A stretch of DNA of 64,000 nucleotides, taken from the NCBI RefSeq assembly GCF_001194135.2, contig NC_068983.1, forward strand, positions 155,254,437 to 155,318,436. Reading direction: 5' to 3'. Positions 13,121 through 25,394 of this stretch are shown one piece after another. Positions within the stretch are counted from its first letter, which is position 1; every line of letters starts with the position of its first letter. The translations under genes and the position numbers were made by a program. The notes beneath the pieces were generated by a model. That model worked only from the letters and a program-made list of their open reading frames with translations, was not told the origin of the DNA and ran no database searches. Source of the DNA: Octopus bimaculoides (Eukaryota).

Positions 13121-13290
13121 AGGTGTAGGTGTGGTTGTGTGGTTAAAGAAACTTGCTTCCCTGTCATATGGTTTTGGGTTCAGTTCCATTGCAAGTCACC
13201 TTGGGCAACTGTGTTCTATTATAGCTCTAACCCAACCAAAGTTTTGTGGGTGGATTTGTTTGTCAGAAACTGAAATAAACCCATTGTGTG

Positions 13291-13336
<46 letters not shown>

Positions 13337-13512
13337 TGTATGTTTTATTTCCTATAGTTTGAAAAGACATGTCTGATCATGGGGGAAATGGTAACTTTCT
13401 TAGAAATAGGTAACGGTTAGTGACAGGGAGGGCATTCAACTATAGGAAATCTACTATAATAAATTCTGTCTGACCCATACAAGAATGGAAAAGTGCCCAT
13501 TAAAATGATGAT
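13121..13512 (+). mobile_element. Chimeric SINE: family E head, microsatellite, RTE-type tail
   Basis: The E-type head and body are followed after a (TA)n run by GGTTAGTGACAGGGAGGGCATTCAACTATAGGAAA...GACCCATACAAGAATGGAAAAG...AAATGATGATG, which is a D-like tail. Confidence 0.7.
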
Positions 13513-13536
13513 GTTGTGTGTGTGTATATCTGTAAT

Positions 13537-13868
13537 GAAGACGCATGTTTCAGTGGTTAGTGTTAGGCTTACAGTCTTGAGGTTGTGAGTTCAATTCACA
13601 GACCAGACTGTGTGATGTGTTGTTGAACCTGACACTTTATTTCATGTTGCTCCAGTTCACTAAACTGTGGAAATGGGTAGCATCTTCACTGGGGCCCATC
13701 TGATTGCCTTTGTCTTTCCCTTGGGCAACATTGGTGGCATAGAGAAGGAAAACTGCTATGTATGGGCAACTGCTGGTCTTCCACAAAACAACCTCGCTTG
13801 GACTTGTACCTCAGAGAGGAACTTTCTAGATGTTATCCCGTGGTCATTCATGACCAAAGGGGGTCTTT
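13537..13868 (+). mobile_element. SINE with family A head/core and a different tail
   Basis: CAGTGGTTAG...GAGTTCAATTC...TTGCTCCAGTTCACT matches 517-660. The 3' half does not match family A. Confidence 0.7.
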
Positions 13869-14690
13869 ATTTTTTTTTATATACATATATACATGTGTCT
13901 GTGTGTGCATATCTGTTTGTGTGTATATAGTTGTGTGTATATAGTTGTGTGTATATAGTTGTGTGTGTTTGATGTCTATGTATATCTATTTGTGTATGCA
14001 CAGCTGTATGTATCTAGAACTTTTCTTCTTAGTCTACTTGATTCTTGTTTTAGTTCACTTTTTTTACTGCTACCATTTAAATGTTTACTTAGTGTCATGC
14101 CTGTATTGTATAGTAAGTACAAGCTCGGTTAATGCCCTGGTGGTTAATAGTTTATTCCAAGTTACTATTGCTTTTCATCTATATATATATATATTTTTTT
14201 TTGTAACCTGTCAGTTCCATCAGTTTGGCTCTCAGGTAGTCTTTTTTTTTTTTTTCTTCTTCTGTTTCTGATGTCTGTCTGTGTTTATGTTCATGTATTG
14301 GGAAGTTTGTGATGCTTGTTGTTGTTATTAAAAACAGACTGGTTGAAGACAACTGTGGTTAACTTCCCAAATCTTCTTACTACTGTAAGGTAGAAAAGAA
14401 AAGGTGCAAGATAGAGGAATCAGCAGCAACACTTTAATCATTGTCAAAATAACTACAGTCTTGATAGCTATTTTTCATCACAAGATGTTATTCTTTATGA
14501 TTATTATTATTATTAAATTCAAATTACGATGAACGTAAACAAAGAAACGAAGTTTGCTTTTAGAAGCGTTAAGATGTCTTAGAAAGTTAAAGAGGTGATT
14601 TTAAATTCTCAAACGCAGGATAATGCTAATAATATAGCCTGAGCAGGATAAACTACCCCTATTTTGCAGAAAAAAGTATAGGTGGCCAGC

Positions 14691-14723
<33 letters not shown>

Positions 14724-14727
14724 TAAG

Positions 14728-15595
14728 AAGGTGATGAGCTGCCAAATGGACAAAATGATTAGCAGTATTTCACCTGTTGCTACATTCTGAGCTCAAATTC
14801 TGCCATGGTTGACTTTGCCTTTCATCCTTTCAGGGTCAATAAATTAAGTACCAGGTAAACATTGGGGGTCAATGTAATCGACTTACCCCCTCCCCCAAAA
14901 TTTCAGGCTTTGTGCCTACAGTTGAAAGGATTATTATTATTATTAAGGCATCGAACTGGTAGAATGATTAGCACACCAAGCAAAATGCTGAGTGGTATTA
15001 TGTCTGTCTTTACGTGTTCTGAGTTCAAATTCTGCCAAGGCAGAATTTCAACCTTCTAGGGTCAATGAATTAAGTACCATTTGAGTATTGGAGGAGGTTG
15101 ATGTAATCAACTTAAGCTCCTCTCTCATAATTTCAGCAGCCTTCTGGCTTTCCGGCCCTCAGTCAAACCATCCAACCCATGCCAACATGGAAAGCGGATG
15201 TTAAACAACAATGATGATGATGATGATGTGCCTATTATTATAATTAAGGTGGTGAGCTGGCAGAATTTTTAGCATGTTGAGCAAAATGCTTAGTGGCATT
15301 TCATCCATCCTCACATCCCGAATTCAAATTCCACCGAGGTCAGCTTTGCCTTTCATCCTTTCAGGGTCGATAAATTAAGTACCAGTAAAACACTGGGGTC
15401 TATGTAATCAACTACTAGTCCCCTCCCCCAAAATCTCAGGCCTTGTGATCATTATTATTATAATGACTGGTGGGTTGGTAGAATAATTAGAGTATCGGAC
15501 AAAGTACTTTGCTTTATTTCTTGTGGTTCTTTCATTCTGGTTTCAAATGCCACCAAGGTCAATTTTGTCCTTCATCTTTTAGAGCTGATAAAATA
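14728..15595 (+). mobile_element. Head-to-tail array of four family C SINEs with a nested family D tail
   Basis: Copies at about 14728-14932, 14944-15135, 15245-15450 and 15465-15595, mostly linked by (ATT)n. A D tail ending (GAT)n sits at 15135-15228. Confidence 0.85.
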
Positions 15596-15763
15596 GTGAC
15601 ATGCTTTAACAAAAGCTGAGGGGTGTCTCACTTTTCAGTCTTCCAGCATGCCAGATACCAATCTAGAATTTTCAAGTAGTGCCCATGTTATTACTAGGTA
15701 GTCATTGTCCATATAATGGACTTCCACAGGTTCAAATCATTTCAAAGGCAAGTGTATCATTAA

Positions 15764-15980
15764 CCCTTTAGCATTTAAACTGGTCATATTTAGCCCTGTT
15801 TTCTGTTCAGACCAGCCAGATCTGGCCTCTCATACCTTACCTTACCATGTCATTCTAAAAGTACACAATCACATCATCAGAATCTCAAAGTAACAAGATA
15901 ATGAATGATACATTTAAAAAAAAAAACAATGTGAATAAATAAGTGTAACGTTTGATATGAATAATCTGAATGCTAAAGGG
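15764..15980. mobile_element. piggyBac-type MITE (217 bp)
   Basis: Perfect TIR CCCTTTAGCATT / AATGCTAAAGGG flanked by TTAA at 15760-15763 and 15981-15984. Confidence 0.85.
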
Positions 15981-16034
15981 TTAAACATGTGATTCAAAAG
16001 GCTGTACCTTTTGAATTACATATAGTCTAAGCTA

Positions 16035-16520
16035 TTTGGTGGGCTTCTACATAGTTTTCATCTATCCAGTTTCACTCAAAGAGGATGAGTTGAATCACAG
16101 ATCTAGAAAACATTTGTTGAAGATGCCATGCAGTGGGATGAACCTGGGACCTTGTGGTAATGAAGAGGACTTTGTAACCATCTGGGAATATGTGTGTGTG
16201 TGTATGTGTGCACTGGCAGACAGGCATGTGTATGTGGTTTAGAACTTCGCTTCCTAACAACCACATGATTTCAGGTTCAGTCTCACTGCATGGTACCTTG
16301 GGCAATATTTTCTACTATAGCAGTCATGTGATTGTTATGAATAAATATCATTCATTCCCAATCTTCAGTGAAAATATGCTGGCCTTGGAAAAATATTACC
16401 TTGCCTGGAAAAAGGTAAGGGTTGATGACAGAAAGAGCATCCAACCATAGAAAATCTTCCTCGATATACTCCATCTGACTCATGCAAGCATGCATATGTG
16501 GAAGTAAAATGATATGATGG
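16035..16520. mobile_element. Two divergently oriented family E fragments
   Basis: A minus-strand head at about 16035-16185, and a plus-strand head at 16217-16325 joined to a D-like tail at 16400-16520. Confidence 0.65.
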
Positions 16521-17895
16521 TGATATATAATGCTTGTAAAACACAGTTGTGGAGAGATGTGATTGGAATTGAGATATTTCTGCTGTAGTGTGTATGATTT
16601 AGTAGGTCAAGGAATTCAAACACAAGTTCCTCTCCCATTGGTCTCATTAAAACTGTTAATGAAAACCATGTGGAGGCACTTCAGACTCTTACAGGTTTAC
16701 CAACATGCATCAGTTGTCATGTATTCATTCCCGTGAGACATTTTGGTTTATTTAGAATCTAAGATTACAATCAACTCCATAAAAAAAAACCCATGATATT
16801 AAAAAAAAAAAACAACCATTTTGCTCTATTTACATTTGGTAAAATAGATTATTGTTTTGTTCCTTTAGTTTACTTGTTTCCTTTCCTTACTTTTTAAATT
16901 TCCTTTTATTTTTATGTATCTTTGTTTATTTATTTATTTTATACACTTTGGAAATGTTGAACAGAATGTTTTACATAACCAATCTGCCCCTGTAATTTCA
17001 CTTATGGCTTACAGGGTAGTGTTGTGTTGTCTGCAGGAAATGTATGCATTGTAGTAATCAGGTTTTGAAATTTAGAAGGAACTATTACTTTACATAGCTT
17101 CTCTATGTTTTTAACTTTTTTTTTTTTTTTTCTGGTTTTCTTTTTAATATTTTTTTGTACTTTAAATTACAGCACAGAGGGCAGATGACAAAATTGATAG
17201 AACATTATATAAAATATATTTTGTACTTGTTTATGTTCTGAGTTCAATTCTTGTCTTGTCTACTTCGCCTTTCATCCTTCTGTTGTTGATCAAATGAACA
17301 CCAATGAAGAAAATAAAGACTATGAATATTGTAGAGTTTTGCAACTTATTTTAGGCTATGAGAATGCCAATAGAATGATACCAGTAGAAGAATGTTATAC
17401 ATATACTTTGATGCGTTAGTGAAGTTGGTTTTTCATTTAGAACACCTTAGTAACCAGAGATACACATTAGCAACTGACCATTTCTATTGATTTGAATGGC
17501 TGGTGGAATTATGCGTAATGATAGTCATGCCATTTCTAGCATCTTAGCTGCTTAAAATAGTTATTAGTTGGAATCACACTTAGATTGTAGATTTAATTCT
17601 CTGAGACCTTTCTTCTACCATATTCATTGAAGACTGCATATATATGTTTCTATCTATATGTATGTGTCTCTACATGTAGTGAGAATTTACAAAAAAACAA
17701 AAGCTGACAACAAACATGCATTAGTTTAATGCTTGGGAAGTGAGAAAGTCTTTTATGTTTCGAGCCTACACTCTTCATTGCGGTGATAGTCAGTGGAGCT
17801 TGTATTCATAAATGTTGAAGAAAGACAAAGGAATATATTTTCCTTCTTCAGAGGAGCATATAATAAAGTTTTGTAATCTGTACTATATCTATCTA

Positions 17896-17934
<39 letters not shown>

Positions 17935-18019
17935 CAGGAGAGAGAGAGGCAGACAGAGCAACCACCCCCACTATTACAGCCTCACTCAGTTGAATGAAGT
18001 TTTTTTTTTTGTTTTTTGC

Positions 18020-18226
18020 CTTGCAAGTTACTTGGCAATCTCACTAGTGCTGGTGTCACAAACGAAGTACTCAATACCCTCTTTAAAGTGGTTGGTTTTA
18101 GGAAGGACATCCAACCATAGAAAGCATGCCAAAGCAGACATTAGGAGCAGAGTTTGGCACCATCCTCTGATTCATTGGATCCTGTCAAACCAGCCAACCC
18201 ATGCCAGCATAGAAGATGGATGTTAA
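18020..18226 (+). mobile_element. Family D SINE
   Basis: CTTGCAAGTTACTTGGCAATCTC...GGTTGGTTTTAGGAAGGACATCCAACC...AACCCATGCCAGCATAGAAGATGGATGTTAA. Confidence 0.75.
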
Positions 18227-18383
18227 CTCACATTGCTAATTATTTATTTATGTATGTATGTATGTATCATTAGGGAGCAATTCAGCATGGTGAGCTGCCA
18301 CTTAGACATGTCCAGTGGATGAGAGTGCTCAATTCCAATTTTTCCTATTATTGGCATTAATAGATATAATAATAGTTATTATT

Positions 18384-18586
18384 CAGTAGTCTTATTCTTA
18401 TCATGTGCTCTCACTGCACTACCAAGTGCAGCTCTATGTGCTGTGGTTTGTTGTGATGTTCTTATTGTTACTGTATTAAAAGTGTTTTATATAGGATATG
18501 TGCGGTGCTTAGCAGCACTGTTTTTTATATATTATATATACTTGTTAGTCCTGGTGTTTTTGTTATGTATTTGTCTGAATATTTTT
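18384..18586 (-). mobile_element. 5'-truncated R4/Dong-like LINE 3' end
   Basis: Aligns by eye with 56136-56350 (CAGTAG...CAGCTCT...GTCCTGGTGTTTTTGTTATGTATTTGTCTGAATATTTTT). ATT repeats flank both sides. Confidence 0.8.
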
Positions 18587-18959
18587 ATTATTATTATAAC
18601 TCAAAGAGGTATGATACTGAGTTCCCATAGCAACACAACTTGTAGACCGTAGTGTCTTGACAATATAGTTGATGTATGTGTTTTGTAGTTACCAGAAGAT
18701 GTATGCATAGAATTGAAAAAAACTGCACTTGTTTAATTTGTTTAAATTTGTCTGAAATTCTGATACTTGTCATTTTTATTAATTGTAGATCTAAAACTGA
18801 GGATTTCAATCCTTGGTGATTGTTTAGCCCTAGGTCAGTCTTGTTCAAACAGACTTTTTTGATCAAATACATTCTAGCTTTTACCATTCTGTGTTTTAAT
18901 CAAACAATGTATCTATGACTACATTATTGTATTCCATTTTTAAAATGGTAAGATGTCAT

Positions 18960-19294
18960 TTTGACCTGTTTCAATCATTGAATTGTGGCCATCCTGGGGC
19001 ACAGCATTGAAGGGTTTAGTCAAACAAATCAGCCCTAATGATTTTCATGTGGTCACTTTTGCTGAACCACTAAGTTACAATGACACCAAAAAGCATCAGT
19101 TTTAAAGTGGTGGTGAGGGACAAATGCAAAGAGAGACATGTGCACATATGACAGGCTTCTACACAGTTTCCAGCTACTAAATTTACTCACACAGCATTGT
19201 TTGATATTTATCCAAGGTGCTGTGCAGTGGAATTGAACCTGAAAGCACATGGTTGCAAAGCAAGCTTCTTAAATACACAACCATTCTTGTGCCT
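18960..19294 (-). mobile_element. Family E SINE (old, CpG-decayed)
   Basis: Colinear with 12534-12920. Confidence 0.8.
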
Positions 19295-20231
19295 GAACAT
19301 ATATTGATTGACAATTGACCCTATTAATTGGTTATTGGATATTGATTAGTGTGTTTGTGTTTGGATTGATTTTATTGATTTATAATATGAGACTAGCTAG
19401 AATGTGCTTTCTTTGAGGTTCATACCTGGAAAAAGAGCTAAACTTGATGTTACAGGAACCAAATACTGCAGCCTGATTTATGTCTTTGTATTCCATTCTG
19501 TATTAAACAGTAACAGCAAAGTGGTTGGAACTTCAGAGATTTATGTGTCTTGTCTGGATACGAACTGACATTCATGTTTCTCATAAATATATAGTAGAAG
19601 TGCTTAAGACATTTCTACATCTACATATATTCAAGAAAATTTACTACTACTGCTCATGGTCAACTTGACTGTTTGTGCATATATATATGTGTGTGTGTAT
19701 GTTTACATATATTTGTGTACATTTATATATTTATCAGTCTATATGTTTGTATTCAAATGTTCCAGTTTTTCAGAGAAAGTATATTTTTTATTTAAGCTGT
19801 ATTCTTTTCTCACAAATTGAGTTTTACACCTTTCAGGGAAGAACTATCCAGTGTTCTGGCTGATTTTTATGTATTTCAGAGTTGTTTTTTTTTTTATTGA
19901 TGGCCATCATTTTTATTGGCTGTTTTTAATATTGTTTTATTGAGATATTGTCTCTAGTTTCCATCATTTCCAATATATGTAATGTGTGTATATATATATA
20001 TATATTGGAGAGCAGACATTAAATGATGATGATATATATATATATATAATAAATAAGGATTCAATACAATCAAGGAAGATCNNNNNNNNNNTATATATAT
20101 ATATATATATATATATATTATCAAATAAAGGTAATAAACCTCATTAAAGGATCATAAATCCACTGAAAATACTGGTTAGTTAGCAATCCATAGAAAGTTC
20201 AACTATAAGGTAACTATATAAACCGTGGTTC

Positions 20232-20595
20232 ATATATTTATATATTTAAAGAATAAGGAGAAAATGGAGAGATAATTCATAGAATTATTTATTAATTATA
20301 AAATGTGACAGCTGTTTCAATTCAGAAATCTTTAGATAATTCATTTATAAAATTAAAATCATTATAAGATGAATCTCTTTAGAAGTAGTAAAGATATACC
20401 GATTAGAAATACATAATGAGATAATGGCTATAAAAGAGATTCATCTTATAATGCTTTTAATTTTATAAATTAATTATCTAAAGATTTCTGAATCGAAACA
20501 GCTGTCAGAGACATCATATTTTATAATTAAATAATTTTACTAATTACCTCTCCATTTTTCACCTTATTCATTAAATATATATATATATAAATATA
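20232..20595. repeat. Long inverted repeat (arms of about 150 bp), Penelope-like terminal remnant
   Basis: Arms at 20232-20381 and 20431-20595 are near-complementary with a spacer of about 49 bp. Each carries CTAAAGA...GAAACAGCTGTC. Confidence 0.85.
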
Positions 20596-21271
20596 ATTGA
20601 AAATAAATGTCCGACCGTACTCCATGTTGACTCCAAATTTTGTCAATTATCTATTCACATATGGCAGATGCCCAAACACAAACCTGGAAGTACATATGAT
20701 ATTACTACTGGTTAGCACAGGGTAAATCTGAAGGTGGACAGGCTTTATTCTGTACTCTACTATGTTCTTAACAGAATATATCATAACTATATATATATAT
20801 ATATATATAAATCTGTTTGTGTATATATTTAAGTGTGTGTATATGTGTATACATACACACACTCACATTTATGTATAGAGTTGAACATTAATTTCCTCAT
20901 ATATCCAGACACATGCTTGCTTTCTGTTCTCAGTACTCACCACTTTGCTTGTAATATTCATTTCAAATTAGTTTCTAACTATAATTACTTGGAAAGATTT
21001 TACTTGATTTTAATATATAATACTTTATTATATTTGCTTACTCTCTTTTGTTTTCTTGATACAATAAACCTTGAATGTATTGTGTTATAATTTCATTTGC
21101 AATATGATAAACTTTGTCTTTATTAATATATAATTTCATTTATATTTTGACTATATATATAAGAAACTATGCTTTCGTTAATTTGCAACTTTTTTGGACA
21201 TTTTCTGTATTTTTCATTGTTTTAAATTTAATAAAATTTTCAAGATATATATGTTAGTGTATGTATGTATG

Positions 21272-21315
<44 letters not shown>

Positions 21316-21566
21316 GTTATATATGTAGGTATATATACATGTATGTATGTATGTCTATATGTGTGCATATATATGTTCATGTAATACCTGATACGTCAAT
21401 CAATGTGTATACTTATTCCTTTCTAAGATTTTTCTTATCTATCATCATAAAATAAAGATAACATTATTCCACTTTTTTTTGCTATATGTTTGTAACCAGT
21501 GTGCTGTGGCCATGCTGGATCAGTGCTTCATTATTACATTTCTTAAAAATAACTTCTCTTCTGCAG

Positions 21567-21928
21567 ATCATCGACCAATTGAGTCACGAAACCATCTGAC
21601 TACGGCTGAATTTATTCCGACTCCCATTTTTATCGGTTCGCTGGTTTTTGTCTTCCTGTTGGCAAGTGGGCTTGGTTTCATTGTCGGTTTTAAAGTGAGC
21701 ACCTGCAAAGATTCTCAGGACAATGATTCGACGATTGATGATGCTACGGCAAATCTGCGTGTCCACCAAGAAAATGACCACTATTACGCCAAACCAGATA
21801 ATCGTGCTCCGACAAAATACAACAACTACTGGGACGGCTCTCCAAGAGCTGGCAAAGTACCAAACAATGGTTCTGAATTCCGACCTGTGAACACTTATAC
21901 AAATGTCAAAGGGAAGACCTATTTATAG
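21567..21928 (+). CDS. Sema1a: Terminal coding exon of a type-I membrane protein, probably semaphorin-1A-like (TM helix plus cytoplasmic tail)
   Basis: Polypyrimidine tract and acceptor (aacttctcttctgcag|AT, phase 1) open a frame DHRPIESRNHLTTAEFIPTP-IFIGSLVFVFLLASGLGFIVGF-KVSTCK...NVKGKTYL*. The frame has a 22-aa hydrophobic TM, a basic stop-transfer and normal codon complexity, followed by an A-rich 3' region containing AATAAA. The GFxxG TM end and the K-K-T/V-Y-L/I C-terminus resemble arthropod Sema1a as I recall it. Exon status is more certain than gene identity, so the symbol is tentative. Confidence 0.7.
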
Positions 21929-22345
21929 CCAAGTGAAAAATGGAAAGAAAAAAAACTGATAAAGAAATAAAAACAAAAATAAAATATAAATAAGAAAAGC
22001 AAAAAAATCCAAATAACCAAAATAAAACAAAAAATACAAAAATGAAACAAAAACAAAAAAATATCTAAAGGGGGAAAGACACAACTCCACTGTGAAAGGA
22101 GAGGGGGGACTTTCATTATCAATAATTAAGAATTATTATGATTGATCACTGTCATCATAATTATTGATTATTTATGATTACAGCTATGATTTCTTTTTAA
22201 TGTCTTAGTCAGTTCCTATTATCATTATTACTATTATTTATTATTATCAATATTATTTTTATTTTTATTATTATGATTATTTTATTGAAAGGGAAGATGG
22301 AGATTTTAGCAGAAATACTTGAGAGCTGCATCAGTCTTTTAGTCT

Positions 22346-22386
<41 letters not shown>

Positions 22387-22433
22387 ATATATATATTGCT
22401 ATCTTCATTCTGTGTTCAAATCTCACCAGTGGT

Positions 22434-22475
<42 letters not shown>

Positions 22476-23064
22476 CTTTCATTCCTCTGGTGTTGGTACT
22501 GGTGGCTGTGTCAAAAGGTTGATAAAAACAAGTTCCCAGTACCCCCTTATAACATTAAATGGTGGTAGTGTTCATTCAATCAACTATTAATTATTAATTA
22601 ACTAATGCTCTTCTCTTGAACTATTTGGCTTTGTGCTTATATAAAGAGGAGGAGGAGGAGGAGGAGATGATGAAGGAAAAAATAAACATTGCCTAAAAAT
22701 AATAAAGAAAGAAAAATCATTTTGTTTTTCTGGCTCATGGTAAACCTTCTTCAGTGATAAGAATTTTGGCAACCCAGTTTCAATTCCTGTTTGTAACCGT
22801 TTCACATATATTCAATGCATCACTTTTCTTTCTTTTTTATCTTTTCTTTTTTTCTTTTTGCCCCAGAGATGGGAAAGGCTGGAAGGTAAAAAAAATATGA
22901 TTATAATTAATATAGAATGATCATAAATATCAAGGTGTTACCATTTCTCTCACTACATGCCTAACCCTATAAAATACACATAAACCTTCCCTTTAAAACT
23001 TTTGCTGGGCTGATTGAGGCAAATGAAAATAATAAGAAACAATGGCCATCATTGTCATCATCAT

Positions 23065-23545
23065 GGTGATGGGGTGGCTGAATTGTTAGTGTCAGACAAA
23101 ATGCCTCGCTCTATTTGTCCTGCATCTTTACGTTCTGAGTTCAAATCCCACCGATGTCAACTTTACCTTTCATACTTCTGGGGTCAATAAAATAAAGTAT
23201 CAGTTATGTGCTGCAGACAACAGAGAATTGACTATTTCCTCTTTTCAAATTCATCACCTTGTGCCATTAATTGGAGGAGAAGGAACAGTTGATTCTATAT
23301 TATTGTCATCTTCGTCATCATTATTGTTATGATTATAATTATTATTATCATCATTATTATTATTACTAAATTGGTAAGCTGCCAGAATCATTTGCACATT
23401 GGGCAAAATGCTTAGTGGTATTTTATTTGCCTTTACAATCTGAGTTCAAATTCTGCCAAGGTCAACTTTGCCTTCCATCCTTTCAAGGTTGATAAAATAA
23501 GTACCAGCTGAGCACTGGGGTTGATATAATCAACTAGCTCCCTCC
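23065..23545 (+). mobile_element. Two tandem family C SINEs
   Basis: Copies at about 23065-23265 and 23370-23545, separated by an ATT-rich tract. Confidence 0.8.
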
Positions 23546-23794
23546 TCCATTATTATCATTATTATTACTATAAATATTTTTTTTTCTTTTTTTAATTGAT
23601 CTTTAACCTCATCTTTTTCTGCTTCTCAATGGTTTATATTTTTCTTACTAAAAGAAGAGATAATATTTACGTTCCTTAACAACAACAGCAGCAACAAGAA
23701 CTTCAACAAACAAGAAAAAAAAAACCCCAGTTACAATCAAAATAAATTTATAATTAATTCAGAAGAGAAAATACAAAAGTAATACATACACAGA

Positions 23795-23838
<44 letters not shown>

Positions 23839-24136
23839 CATGAGTATATCTGCTGTTTTTCGTCTTGCTTACATTGTTTTTTTTTCCATTAATTTTGTCA
23901 AGTGTGAGGAATTAGGAGTGCTTAAGAAGGGGAATGATGTTGGTGTGATCATTAACAAACATTAGTGTATCCCTGCTACTTACATGTTTGGGCATCATAT
24001 GAATGAAAAGAGATTCATTGATACATGCTGCAAAGGTTGAATTTGAAACGAGTTTCACCTGAAGGTCACACAGTAGCTTGAAACTTGAGTCATGAGACAA
24101 ACTGTCAGCTTCATTTTCAATAAAAAAAAACTATAT

Positions 24137-24415
24137 ATATATTGTATAAAGGATCTTAGGTGAGGCCAGAACAATGCAAAGTAAAAGCAAAGCGAACCAC
24201 AAGAAAACAAATATGTGAATTAATGTAGACTTACCTTGCATTCAGTATTTCGGGGTTATGACCTCATCCTCAAGAAATCAATGAATGGGTTCATTACCCC
24301 AAAATATTGAATGCAAGGTAAGTCTACATTAATTCACATATTTGTTTCCTTGTGATTTGCCTTGCTTTTACTTAGCATTGTTCTAGCCTTACCCACGATC
24401 CTTTATACAATATAT
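24137..24415. repeat. Long inverted repeat (arms of about 130 bp)
   Basis: Arms at 24137-24269 and 24284-24415, for example ATATGTGAATTAATGTAGACTTACCTTGCATTCA versus its reverse complement. The spacer is about 14 bp. Confidence 0.9.
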
Positions 24416-25394
24416 TCTACACAATGCTTCATAGTAACTATTCCATTATATATATATAGTGACAAAGGTGGTCCTCAAATGTGTTTGATCATAAGTGAGT
24501 CAGGTCTCAACTCAGGCTGAATGATGAGCAGAAAAGATTCACAGCCTACTGCTTCCTTTTACTGACCTTTTCATCACTTTTCGCTGTCATTTTGTTGTCT
24601 GCATCAGCCTACCGATCACCCAGTCGTTACCACCATCACCACCTCCATTTACATTAATTGGGAGTTTGCAAGATGCAGAGAGCAAGGAGAGTTTGTAGAG
24701 TATGCAATTTCTCTCCCTTGTAGCTCAGCATTGCACTGGTTGTCACTTTGCACCACCTGAATCAAAGAAATAGCCCATACTCGGCTGATCTAGATGCTCA
24801 CCCTCAAATTATTTCCTGCTGTCTTAAAAAGTAAGGACACATTGCCCAATGTAGTTAGAGATATGCTATATCTGGAAATGAAATTAGATAGTTATGACTG
24901 GAATGCCTTTAATGATAGGGTTTTCTGCTTAATACCACTATCACCTCTACAACTATCTCCATTGTGGGCTGCTGTGTGTTAAGAGTAGGAAGGAGTCATG
25001 GTGGGTGTATAGGGTTGTATTGAGTGACTAATGATTAATGAGGCCATCAACATCCGATATTATAACTGCTGCTATTATCACTGCTCTGTGTGTATGTGTG
25101 AGTGATAAACGTGCATTACCCAATGCATATCGACTGCTCTTGGTTCACGATCACCACAATTACTAGCACCATATTTGCTGTGAGGGTATAGGTATGATTG
25201 TGTGTTTGCAGGTTGGGAGATATGTAATTTATTAGCTGAACTTCTCTTCATCTCTTTCCACTACTCTCACAACCAAGACCACCCTGTGAAACTACCTGGC
25301 CACTGGTACCATATCTGCTGTGATATATGATAAGTGTGTGAAGGGGGGAAGAGAGTGGAGTTATTCTGAACCTTTTCCCCCATTACACCTGACC

